Origin: Podarcis gaigeae
Lineage: Eukaryota
Assembly (NCBI GenBank): GCA_964106915.2
Contig: OZ066918.1
Strand: one strand, 5' to 3'
Length of the DNA: 64,000 nucleotides
Below, piece by piece: positions 1-11,675 of this stretch. A program made the translations under genes and the position numbers. How positions within the stretch are numbered: the stretch's first letter is position 1; the number at the start of each line of letters is the position of its first letter. The notes under the pieces are model-generated. The model was not told the origin of the DNA and searched no databases. It saw only the letters and a list, made by a program, of their open reading frames with translations.

Positions 1-373
1 TGATTAAAACCAACTTTTACTTAATGCCATAAAAATAGAGTGTTAAATAAAAAACAGAAGAGTCTTAATCACAGCTGTGTAATTCAAAGACTACAGTGAT
101 TAGGGAAGGTTTGCTTCACATTGGTGGCAGCCTATCTTCAAGAGCAATACATGAAGCAGAAGGCTAGTTATGTTTGAAATCCTATCCAGACAAGTCAAAC
201 AGCCTTGATGTTCCATCTACAAAAATATGTGCCTCCCACACCTTCCAAGCTCTTGGGAAGTTATGAATTTTACATACTACAACATATGTTGTTTTTCATT
301 TGATGCCAAAAGATTGAATTTCTTCCCAAGCATACAAAACTAGAGTTTTTGCATAATACTATGACACATACTA

Positions 374-696
374 GCGATGCGGGTGGAGCTGTGGTCTAAA
401 TCACAGAGCCTAGGGCTTGCCGATCAGAAGGTCGGCGGTTCGAATCCCCGTGACGGGGTGAGCTCCCGTTGCCCAGTCCCAGCTCCTGCCCACCTAGCAG
501 TTCAAAAGCACGTCAAAGTGCAAGTAGATAAATAGATACCGCTCCGACGGGAAGGTTTGCCAGAAGCGGCTTAGTCATGCTGGCCACATGACCCAGAAGC
601 TGTATGCCAGCAACCTCAGCCAGTAAAGCAAGATGAGTGCTGCAATCCCAGAGCCATCTGCAACTGGATCTAATGGTCAGGGGTCCCTTTACCTTT
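374..696 (+). mobile_element. Sauria SINE (internally deleted)
   Basis: tRNA-like head with B box GGTTCGAATCC and ACCTTT tail. 14-bp TSD TATGACACAT(A/G)CTA at 360-373 and 697-710. Confidence 0.9.
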
Positions 697-1441
697 TATG
701 ACACATGCTATTTGTCTTAGAGGGGTTTTTTTAATCGGTTTTTTATCGGGGTTTTTTTTTAAAAAAACTGGACACCCATATTTTAGCCTATTTGTTTTAA
801 GATATGCCCTGTTTTTTCAAAATATGGCATACTTTTCTGACACAATTGTCATCTAGTATTCACCATCTAGCTCCAATGAATTCTATAAAACAGAGAGAAA
901 AGTTCTACAGAGGTTGTTTAAATTCTTACAAATTCTTACAAATCCCTAGAAAAGTTGGGCGTATTCCACATAACTCTCTTAGTTTGGGATTAAGTCTTAA
1001 ATTTGCTACATAAATCCAAGCTACCAGGTCCAACTGCTGGTATAAGCAGCAACCCTAATTTCAGTAAATTCAAGTTATGGGCTTATTCTGCTGTGATTTT
1101 AAATTGTCATAAGCTGCCTTGAGTAGTAAATGGGCAGTACCCTGCTCTAAATTCATTGAATCAAGGGTGGGATACAAATGTGAAAAAATAATGTTTTCCC
1201 ACTGAAAGATTATGCACTTTCCAAGATATTTCAGATTTAATGAAAATCTCCTCCTCCCCTCTTTTGAAGTCCTTCACTGGATTAGAAGTTTGTAGGAAAC
1301 AGCATCTGAATCTACACCATTATCAATTAAACATTTCAGGAATATATATTTTATGTGAACTGAAATTATATGTAATTGATTAGCTTTTCACATAGAAAGG
1401 AATCTGATTTTCTGGGAGTTGTACACCAACCTTTCTAAATA

Positions 1442-1683
1442 CAGTGGTACCTCGGGTTACATACGCTTCAGGTTACATACGCTTCAGGTTACAGATTCCA
1501 CTAACCCAGAAATGGTGCTTCAGGTTAAGAACTTTGTTTCAGGATGAGAACAGAAATCGTGCTCCAGCGGCGCGGTGGCAGCAGGAGGCCCCATTAGCTA
1601 AAGTGGTGCTTCAGGTTAAGAACAGTTTCAGGTTAAGAACGGAACTCCGGAACGAATTAAGTACTTAACCTGAGGTACCACTG
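1442..1683 (+). mobile_element. Tc1/mariner-superfamily (pogo/Tigger-like) MITE, family B, copy 1
   Basis: TIR CAGTGGTACCTC...GAGGTACCACTG with TA target duplication. Six similar copies occur in the window. Confidence 0.9.
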
Positions 1684-1869
1684 TATTAAATATTGCCTGA
1701 TGTTAAGTATAACTGTTTGGCTTGCACTTCTAAAATAAACTGGGATGTGGAGGAAGAAACTGGCAGAGGTCTGGGTGGCAACTTGAACAACCTATGTGAC
1801 TCTCTGCTCAACACAGGACACCTTTAGAGTGAATCAGCTTTTCCAAGCTTCAAACAGGCACAATCAACA

Positions 1870-1992
1870 CAGCGTTACCCAAATGTTGCTGAACTACAAC
1901 TCCCATCACCACTTACCATTAGCTATGCTTGCTGGGGCTGATAAAGAGTTGTACTCCTCAACATCTGGAGAACACTATGCTGAGTATCCCAG
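1870..1992. mobile_element. Degenerate short hairpin MITE (hAT-like)
   Basis: AACTACAACTCCCATCA...GAGTTGTA...ACATCTGGAG inverted arms; related to 23589-23724. Confidence 0.55.
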
Positions 1993-2644
1993 GCTTAAAG
2001 TAAAGAAAACCTTAAATCTCCTTTGATTGCTTAAAGCACCAGTAAGTCGATCACGGTATATGATAGTGTAGTCTTTAATTTTATATTACTGCGTGTTAAG
2101 TGCTCTCAAACACTCTAGGGGCTTGCTTTGCAACTGAATTCACTTTAGCAGACTGCTCAGAAAAGGCAAACACAAATGCTGGTGTTAAATTTGATGTACC
2201 AAGATTAGAAGATATAATATTTCAATATGAGAAAATGAGCTAGATAAGCATATCTTCATGCTCCGTAAAGTTATAGACATGGTTGCCAGACATCAAAAAC
2301 AGCACATAGCCAATCGAAGATTTGCTTGCTTAATGCAAATAACCTAAAATAATTAAAATATTTTCAGTGCGATATGAAATTAATATGGGTCGCCAGTGAA
2401 AAAATTCTCCTGAATTCTACACACACGCAGACTTCTTGACCTTTACAATTATGCCCAACACTGGGATGCAAGCTAGTGTGGGGGCACTTCTATTTACAGT
2501 AACAATAAATCATTTTATGTTAGCTACTGTCTATGAGTCTGAGAGATCAGTTACCATGGTCTCTGACAGATATCTGAACATTTCTGTATAAGGTTTGTCT
2601 AATTAAAAGGCATAGTCACAATGTTGTAAAATGAATATCCAACT

Positions 2645-2647
2645 CAC

Positions 2648-2708
<61 letters not shown>
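2645..2708. repeat. (CT)n(CA)n compound microsatellite
   Basis: Directly visible. Confidence 0.95.
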
Positions 2709-2709
<1 letters not shown>

Positions 2710-3066
2710 CAGGGAGGCATGAAGTGTATTTCTGCTCATAACCTTAAGAGTTAAGCCAAGAATAATATTTTGTTTTCTCAAAGTAAGCCTCACTGATTTG
2801 TTATTTTCAATACTATCTTCAATAACATCACCATATTAGAATTTCTACTCATTTCTACTCATAAATTCAAAGCTTTTTTTAAAAAAACTTTTGAGTCACA
2901 TTTGAAACACTGTACTTACTCTTAAGCACTTAGAAAATGTTAGGAAGAACAAACAATGTGGGACAACGCCCCCTCCCCAAAGATTTCATAGTGCAAGGAA
3001 AACTCATCAGCAATAATCCAACAAAGTACGTCTCCTAGCACAAGCATTTCCACTAGTGCACTAGAG

Positions 3067-3392
3067 CAGTGTTTTTCAACCACTGTTCCGCGGCACACTA
3101 GTGTGCTGCGAGATGTTGCCTGGTGTGCCGTGGGAAAAATTGAAAAATTCGAAAGATTTAAAAATAAAGTGTTTTATAATTTTTCATATTTCTGTTTACT
3201 TACTATTTCATAATAAAGTAATTATAAAATACATTCTTTGTGTTTATTTGATTCCAATTCAAGAGAATTACTTTATATATAGTCAATATAAGCACAGAGT
3301 TAATTTTTTTAACATTTTCTAATGGTGGTGTGCCTCGTGATTTTTTTCATGAAACAAGTGTGCCTTTGCCCAAAAAAGGTTGAAAAACACTG
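3067..3392. mobile_element. Non-autonomous hAT (Buster/Charlie-group) element
   Basis: Perfect 15-bp TIR CAGTGTTTTTCAACC. Perfect 8-bp TSD CACTAGAG (3059-3066, 3393-3400) with central TA. Confidence 0.92.
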
Positions 3393-3924
3393 CACTAGAG
3401 TGCCCTCTCCAAATCTCCTCCAGAGGATTGGGAAAGCCCCTGAACAGATTTTGGGGGGTGCGTAGTGAGAGAGAGAGGAAATTCCACTCAGCATCCAGAA
3501 TACCTTCTGCTAACAGAAGTACTTCTTTGGATACTGCCCACGGCTTCTATTGGTTTATGGCTGAAAATAACATCCAATGGCTATTGTCTACAGGACACAA
3601 GGCTTGAAATTTTGGGTAAGAGTTGACTGAGCTCCCACATTAGCACTGCAGGGCATCCTCATATAGATGCTGCTCAGGTTGTCATGGAAAGCTTGAACAG
3701 ATGGAAGGTTTACAATAGGAAAACCCACTTATATGCAGTTGGCAGAAAATTATTTGGACAAGAGACTCCCACTTGCTGGACTCTCTGGACTTTTCCTTTC
3801 CCTGGACTTTTCCTTTCCTTTTCAACCTGTGTGAGAGTACAGCTTTTTATGCAGCATTCACAAAGATCCTTGACATCTGACTGGACAACAGAAGGAATGT
3901 ACGCTTAAGTTAACATTGTATACT

Positions 3925-4500
3925 TTTAAGTGTAATGTGATACTCACTGGGGCACAAAGTCCTGACTTTACATATACATTGATGGGGCAGTGACTGATGG
4001 GAGAAAAAGATATTGGGGTCATGGTGGTTAACACAACGAAAATGCCAAACCAGTATATGGCAGCTGTGAAAAAGGCAAATTTCATGCTATGGATTACTAC
4101 CGAAGGGATTGAAAAGAAAACTGACAATATCACAAGTCTTTTATACAGCACTGTAGTACAACTACAATTCTTCCATTCTCATAATACTAAAATCTGGGAT
4201 CATCCAATGAAGTGGAATAGTGGAAAATTGAGAACAGACAAAAAAAGGTACTTATCCAAGAGTGAAATTGACAATGATGAACTTCGACTGCTTTAAAAAG
4301 GGATTCAATAAATTAATGGAGGATAAGGCTGTCAATGACTATTAGCCATGATGACTATATCCTACCTCCATGATGAAGGGGACAACTTTGTGAAAGGACT
4401 ACTACCTTCATGTCCTGCTTGCACATTTCCCAGAGACATCTGGCTTACCTCTATGGGGAAACAGCTTGGCCTTTGGGCTACCCAGGAGGGCTCTTCTAAT
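3925..4500 (+). mobile_element. CR1 LINE, decayed ORF2 C-terminus and 3' region
   Basis: ORF 3997-4296 contains EKDIGVMV...AAVKKANFML...GIEKKTDNITSLLYSTVV, resembling the CR1 ERDLGV...KKAN.MLG...PLY motif. CR1-type 3' sequence follows. Confidence 0.8.
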
Positions 4501-6824
4501 AGTTCTGAAATATGTTCTTTTGTTTGCTAGTGCTTATTTTTCTGTGCTTTGCTGATTTCTATAATTTTGAAAAATTCATTTGTTTTATTAATATATGTTA
4601 TTTTCCCTAGGAGTTTTTGAAACAGAAGAGTAATATATGTGGTTTTTTATTCAAATAAATAAAAAGAGCGAATCCAAGTTATATTTTTAATTATCAACCA
4701 TTAACAAACACTGTAACACAGCATAGCAGCACACAGAACATTAAGAAAAACGGAAATCTTTCCCCTGGAAAATGGAATTAAGCCAATGACCACAGGAAAC
4801 TGGTACTGATATGGAAGGGATTACTAACCATGTGTCCAGGCAGAATTAGGAAAAAAAATAAGTAATTCCTGCATAGGGAAATCATGCCTGAACAAAGAAC
4901 AGAAAGCAAAAGAAATACAGGTACACCCCAAGAAAACTCCAGAAACAAACTAATTTAAATGATCATCTGTCTTACGGGATAACTTTGCACGCCTATCATT
5001 ATTAAGAGTACTAATTTCTCTGAATTTTAACTGATCCAGGGACTGAAGACTTGGCTTTGCTCTCTGAACGATTTTCACAGTGCTACAGCCTTAAAATCTG
5101 TTGGGTGTGATCGCTTGCAGACACAGCAGATTTCCATCTGTCATCGTTATCAAGCTGTGGCTGTCAATCCCAGAGGTTTCACGGGAAGCCCTGGTGTTAC
5201 CAATCAGCCTGACCTACTGTGCACACGCCACATAGCAATAAACCATAACATTATTGTTTTTATAACAGCATTGGGTTTAAAGCTGCTCTTCTGTATTCAA
5301 ACCACAGGACTTTTAGACTCCCCAAAATGCATGACTGTGACATGTGGAGTATCTGGCCAAGCACTTTTGGCAGGTTTGGGTTGCTAAAATCAAGATACAT
5401 TGGGTATTTCTAATATCTATCTATCTAACCTGGTAAAGTATTCTAGATATCTGACTGTTGGATGGCGCAGATAAATGGGTGAAAAAGGAGGAAAAATTGG
5501 ACAGGAATGGATAGTTTTAAAGATGTGTAAAGTCTATATTTCATTCATGCTATTTCTGAAGCACAAGACCACTGGCAACTAATCATGATGCCACAAGTTA
5601 GGAAATTACATCATATATTTGGCAAATATTACAGGATATAAATAACCTGGAACAGCAAACTGTTCACAGAAAACAGATGCAAAAGGGAACTAATTTACAT
5701 CCGAACAGCAGGCACTGTATTAAACTTACAGGTCTGACACTTTGAAAAGTAAGTGTCCTCTACTTTTATAAAAGCCATGTATTAGCAGGGAGACTTCCAA
5801 TCCAGCAAAGAACAAGGAATAACCCTGTGCTTTTCAGATGCTGAGGTACTGAGGTTAATCTGATACTTTATGCAAGGCTATCAATGTGCAAACATAAATA
5901 ACATGTTCCCATTCCCAACATTACAATCTTTAATGTGAGCAAAGGAATAGAAAACATGCTTGTTAATCCATAGCACTTCACTTGTTAAGACCTTTAATGG
6001 CTTCCAATGAAAAACTATCCACTTCCTACATAAGAAAGAAAGTTTTCCACAGCATCCCCTTTTAGTTACGCCTGACCTGTTCACACCCAGATTTGTAAAG
6101 TATGGTTGTGGCAAACATATGTCTAGAGATACATACAGGTACACTCATCATGGTACACTCATTCAGGTACACTCATCATGGAGCTGTAGTTGGCTCGCTC
6201 CAGTTCTTTATATGGTATACATTTGACTGGAGAATCCAGTTTTGCCTCCCCATCACAAGTGAAATGGCCCTTAATCTACACCTACATCAGTAATCCACAC
6301 ATTTCCTGTTGAATTTTTTTATCCCTCCTGCACTCCCTGTACAATCTTGCAATGTACTGCACATGTAAAGCAACATCCTCGCTTTCACTGAGACAAGCTG
6401 TCTCTCTAAAAAATAATCAGTAGAGTTTTTACTCTAGATAGTGTTACTCATATGTGCTATCATCTTCAGGACTGAACAATGACCAATAATCCAAATAATT
6501 TCCACACAAAGAAACATTTGTCAAGCCTCATTCTTTATAATCAAGTGATCTGAGAACAGCAGACGCAATCCTGTGGAGACTGCTGTGATATCCAGCCAGG
6601 GCACTGGCCCACATATCTGTCAACAGCAGCTACTGACCTCATCTGCATCACATGATCTTTCACTCCAAGATATGGTGTAGCTGGGAGTGCTGGAATGAGC
6701 CTGGTATGAATCCATCAACAAGAGAACCTTTAGGGTAATAAAACTCTAAGTGCAAAGCTTATTTTATGCTACGTGCTACATTAGGGAAGGGACAGAAGGA
6801 TGAATCCCCTCTCTCCTCCACTTC

Positions 6825-7100
6825 ATGCATGCATGCATGCACGCACGCACACACACACACACACACACAAAAACATGAGCTACCAACATGAGTTTGACCA
6901 AACTGCGGGAGGCAGTGGAAGACAGGAGTGCCTGGAGTGCTCTGGTCCATGGGGTCATGAAGAGTCAGACACGACTAAACATACACAAACACACACACAT
7001 GCACGTGTATATGTGCACACACACATGCTCTCACATTCATGTGCACACAAATGTACAAATGGGCATACCTACACATTATACAATACACACGGGCACACAG
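6825..7100. repeat. (TGCA)n/(CA)n low-complexity tract flanking a BovB tail
   Basis: Directly visible. Confidence 0.85.
6878..6980 (+). mobile_element. RTE-BovB LINE 3' terminal fragment
   Basis: AGTTTGACCAAACTGCGGGAGGCAGTGGAAGACAGG...GGTCCATGGGGTCATGAAGAGTCAGACACGACTAAAC is the characteristic BovB 3' end. Confidence 0.85.
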
Positions 7101-7603
7101 TGTAAGTGAATCGAAAATGGCAGAGGGAGTGTCCTTTAATGCTCTCTCTTCCATGCACACATCACCATGTCTACCTGCTCCTTCCCCACACTATTTTTCT
7201 CCAGTTCCCCTTTTCTCCCAGAACTCCAAATGCCCTCCTTACCCCTTATCCTTCCAACAGATGGGGCAGTGGCAAGAAAAGACAAAGAAGGGAGGCAGTA
7301 ATCTCTAATCAAGTAGAGTTGCTGAGACTGCCTTGGGGCAGAACTCAGCTTATGTGCTAAGCCATATCAAATCTCCCAGATATGAATGCTTAGCAAGCAT
7401 TGCATTGCTAATGGGGCATTATGCTTTTTGAAGTGTAGAGAGTCCCTCTCATGGCTAGAGGTCTTCAACTGCCCTGACTGACTTTCTAATTTTTGGTTTT
7501 GGTCATACAGATGTAGATTAACTGAGTTGAGAAGCAGGATATAGATTAACTGTGTCTTTTCAGTATTAAATCTGGGGCAGTTGCTCTTTCCCTTCCTCTT
7601 ACA

Positions 7604-7854
7604 CAGGGGTCAGCAAACTTTTTGAGCAGGGGGCCAGTCCACTGTCCCTCAGACCTTGTGGGGGGCCAGACTATATTTTGAAAGAAAGAAAGAAAGAACT
7701 AATTCCTATGCCCCACAAATAACCCAGAGATGCATTTTAAATAAAAGGACCCATTCTACTCATGTAAAAACATGCTGATTCCCGGACCATCCGCAGGCCG
7801 GATTTAGAAGGCGATAGGGCCGGATCCGGCCCCTGGGCCTTAGTTTGCCTAATG
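7604..7854. mobile_element. Non-autonomous hAT-Charlie element resembling OposCharlie1 (OC1) derivatives
   Basis: 5' end CAGGGGTCAGCAAACTTTT...GGGGGCCAGTCCACTGTCCCTCAGACC. Perfect 8-bp TSD CTCTTACA (7596-7603, 7855-7862). Right TIR is damaged. Confidence 0.8.
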
Positions 7855-8729
7855 CTCTTACATGTCTAATTGGGATTGTGCTCCACAGTGTGAGTCGGCC
7901 ACAGTGGGAAAGCAAGAACAACACTGAAATGATAGGTGGGCAAAAACTAATCACAGTATTTATGTCGGTCCCATTACCCAATCTAGGGAAATCTTAAGGA
8001 GTGGAAGACAAATTGAAGACAACCAATACTGTAATGATTCATGCCAACTTGGGATGAAACTGTCATGCCAGCACCTGACCAGTGCTAGACCTTGAATGGA
8101 CACTCCCAGGACTCCTTAAAGTGATTTCCCAGTGGAATCTGGAGAGCTGACTCCACTTACGCTCTGCTATGAATCCTGCCCCATGTTTTGAACATCAACC
8201 TGAACAGTTGTGACAAAAACAGGTAACACCAAAATAGAACCAATAACTAAATACATTTTATATTGAGAAGGCAAAACCACTCACTAGGTCAAATGCGACT
8301 GTAGGTAAAATTCCTTCCCAGACCCATCAACTGACAGCTAGCATGTGTCCATAGCAAGGTAACTGATAAACAGTGTAAGATGAGAGAAGGAGCACAGGAC
8401 AGTGAAACTGGCACTAGCTGAGGTCTAATTGGTCATCTAAATTTATTGCTCAGAAGTAGACCAGATGGGATAGGTTCTCCATCTAGTACATGCCACAGTC
8501 ACGCCTTGGGGAAATCAGAGGGTGCACCTGTTTGTTCCCCTGGTGGAAGCTATGCTGCACAAACCTACTACAGAACTCTCTGACTGTCCACCCCCAGCAA
8601 TACTGGGACAAAAAGGGACCCTTGGTAAGCAGGTTGTTTATACTGTACCAGGATCCCTGATAAAAGCTACACATTATTCTTTATACTTTTAATAAAAGCA
8701 CAGAATTTAATCTGTAAGGGATTTATCAA

Positions 8730-8871
8730 AACAAAAAAGATGTATCTGAAGAAGTGTGCATGCACACGAAAGCTCATACCAAGAACTGACTTAGTTGGTC
8801 TTTAAGGTGCTACTGGAAGGAATTTCTTTTGTTTTGACTATGGCAGACCAACACGGCTACCTATCTGCAAC
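8730..8871 (+). mobile_element. Penelope-like element terminal (pLTR) fragment
   Basis: 13-bp TSD AGGGATTTATCAA (8717-8729, 8872-8884). Near-identical to 53009-53126. Contains a hammerhead core. Confidence 0.8.
8742..8779 (+). ncRNA. Minimal type I hammerhead ribozyme motif (PLE-type)
   Basis: GTAT-CTGAAGA-A-GTGTGC-AT-GCACAC-GAAA-GC-TC-ATAC: stem I GTAT/ATAC, core CUGANGA, stem II, GAAA, palindromic AGCU mini stem III, UC cleavage site at 8774-8775. Confidence 0.72.
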
Positions 8872-9039
8872 AGGGATTTATCAATTAGGTTAAAAATAAA
8901 TGCACGAATATTTCAGAATAAACATAAAATACATGAATATTTTCCTGCATAGCAAGGAATGCCACAAACATTTAGCTTTTAGCTTCATTTTGCATTTTCT
9001 GTGCAGTCTGGTTTATATTACTACAATGGGATCTAGTCA

Positions 9040-9151
9040 CAAGGGCGTAGGGGGTGGGAGAGAAGCTCTCCCCCAAATCAAGTAAATAAATAGAAATTCT
9101 TAACTAACAGCTTGTTCTGCCCCCGTAACGAAAATCCTGGCTATGCCCATG
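9040..9151. mobile_element. Short hAT-like MITE
   Basis: Imperfect TIR CAAGGGCGTAG/CTATGCCCATG and 8-bp TSD TCTA(G/A)TCA. Confidence 0.55.
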
Positions 9152-11564
9152 TCTAATCACATAAACTCCTGGAAGGAGTTAACATTTCAAGTATACCATG
9201 AGTAGCATAACTACTGCCAGAATAGTGATATAAGGCTACAGTGTCAGACACACAGAAATGGCTAGAGATCCCCAGAAACCCGTGTATTATTTGGTAACTA
9301 TCTGTGGCATTTTCCTATAGAACACAGATAATATTATTATTGTTACTAATTTTTTTAACTGCCCTTCTAAGGTCCCAGGGTAGGTTACAAAATTAAAACA
9401 GAATATTTTAAAAAGATGAAAACATCTTGCAACATGACTATACGGGCATATATTTTAAAAGAATATCTTAGTGCTGAATTCCCAACAAAACATAAAAATA
9501 CTCATCCAGTTAGTTAACATTAGATTTTAGAAGTTGTATTTTGTACTAACTGTGGTTTCCAAAGGTCGTCCCTCATACGCTAATAACATATATTCTAATC
9601 CAGAGGTTACCATGGCATTGATCATTGCAGCCAGGCTACCACTGTCAAGGTAAGGATGCCGGTGGCCTACCAACCAAAGCTGGTCAAAAGCACAGCATAT
9701 CATGGAGGCAGGTGGGAGGGCAGATGGTATGGAAATCCTGTCTTCACACAGATAACTTCAGTCATTCATACTATTGTCATGCTTTCCTGGGGAGGTGAGT
9801 TTTCAGAGCATGGAGTTTTAACATTTGAATTCGTATAATGATAAGAAACATGGAGCTCTTCAGCTCCAAAGAGTACAAAGAAACATACTCATAATCCTCA
9901 CACAGAGCACTGCCATGCAAAACTATTTTCCAGTGGCATCTATATCGATTCGTATGTGTGTCTAAGATTTTATTCTGTTCTGTCACCCTTCATTTGTATG
10001 TATACACACACACACACACAGTATTCTTACATTTATATTCTTCCCAGGGTAAATATATTCCAAACAGTTATTTTTATTTATTTTAATCACAAAATTAAAA
10101 ATGTAAAACAGAATTTAGAAAAGTATAATCTTGACTATATAGTAATGAAATCAACTAAAGTGTTTATTGGCTGTTAAATCGAGCATAGTAAAAGTGGCAA
10201 AATAAACATTTTAACAATATGGCTTATCACTTGTATGTTGCCTTATTTATTTCAAGTGAGAGTTGTTTATTACAGAGCGTTATAAAAATCACATATAACT
10301 TTTTCTGGCCAACTGAAAAACTTCCCAACATTTATTGCATCTATCTGCTACAGAAATGTATAGATGGACTGCTCTTTTTGAGATTTACAGTTTTGTACAG
10401 CTGCTGTGTTTACAATACACACACAAAAACCCACAGGGCATTACTAAAACAGTAGACAAATTATTTGGGAAATTAAACACCACCATCTGTACAAGGGAAG
10501 CAAAAAGAAAAAGCACAGATCGAAATTTGAGAATAGATAGAAAAGTTTAATATGAAAGATTAATCTTTTAAAATCAGGAATGTGTGGCAATTAAGACAGT
10601 CACACTTCAGAATTCCTGCTGCTCATGCTATAATTAATGTAATACTGCATTATGCAATATGGGTGACTGCTTACTATAATTTCTGAATCAATGCCATACC
10701 ACACAAACAGGTCTAAATATATTATATATTTCTGTCACATTCAAAATTCAGAATTGCTCTATTTTCAATGGTTTTTCTAAATCGTATAATTATTTCCTTG
10801 ATTATTCCTGTTCACTACCCTTTTGCTTCCCTTAGCCGAAGCTTAGATTCAACTTCAATCTCCTTTTATAGCTGGATAAAAGATATCACAATGCTGAAGA
10901 CTATTGCACAGTCATTTATCCTGAAGTAAACAACATCAAGCAGGGCCCCGGTCTCTGAGATTTCTTTTTTTTAAACACATACGCATCTCTAGCCCTCCTA
11001 GAAAATTATGAAGCAAAATGTGCAGGTACCTCCTAAGCGAGATCTGAGTTGCCTGGTTCCTTCTGCCCTTCAGTGTTTTTAGTCAATGAGTTAACTGGAA
11101 GATGCGTATGGTCCAAAAGAGGTGCTGCTTTCCCCTATCTTTTTAGCACACTTTTCCTGCTTCTGTCATGTTTTCTACTCCTTGGAATCTCCATAGTTTG
11201 TCCTTCCTTTCCCCCCCTAGCAACTTTGATGCATCTTTCCTGTATGAGGTTCATCTGGTGGCCAGGTAATCCCTAACAGTTATTTTTGTCAATAAAACTA
11301 CACAGTATGTGCAGGTGAATGTTAAAAAGGATCAACCAACTCTCACCCACAAACACTAAGCGCAAAATGTGAAAACTTTGCCAAGAGGCTTAGACAAGCC
11401 TCTTGCTGCCTAGGAGCTGAACGGCAGGCAAGCATGAAGAATTCCCTACATACCGGTAGTTAACTTACAGTGCAATGGAATACATATCTACTTAGAAGTA
11501 AATATATGTGTTAAATTGGACTTACTCCCTGGGATTGCAGCCTAGATTTTAGTTTGGGGTTGGC

Positions 11565-11675
11565 ACTGGAAGAAAACAAGGTTCTTGAGCCTTTAGCAGC
11601 TGTGTGGTAGGCAGAAATTCAGTAGGGTAAGCCTTTTCTAGTATGGAAATACAATTATGGGGAAAGTTTCACCCA
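11565..11675 (+). repeat. Unclassified old interspersed repeat (second copy at about 63745-63850)
   Basis: Both copies share CAGCTGTGTGG...AGGGTAAGCCTTTT(T)CTAG.ATGG.AATACAATTATGGGGAAAG. Confidence 0.7.

Noticed and set aside
6135-6182. Short tandem duplication CAGGTACACTCATCATGG (similar case at 3787-3820)
   Set aside because: Ordinary replication-slippage duplications with no further structure.
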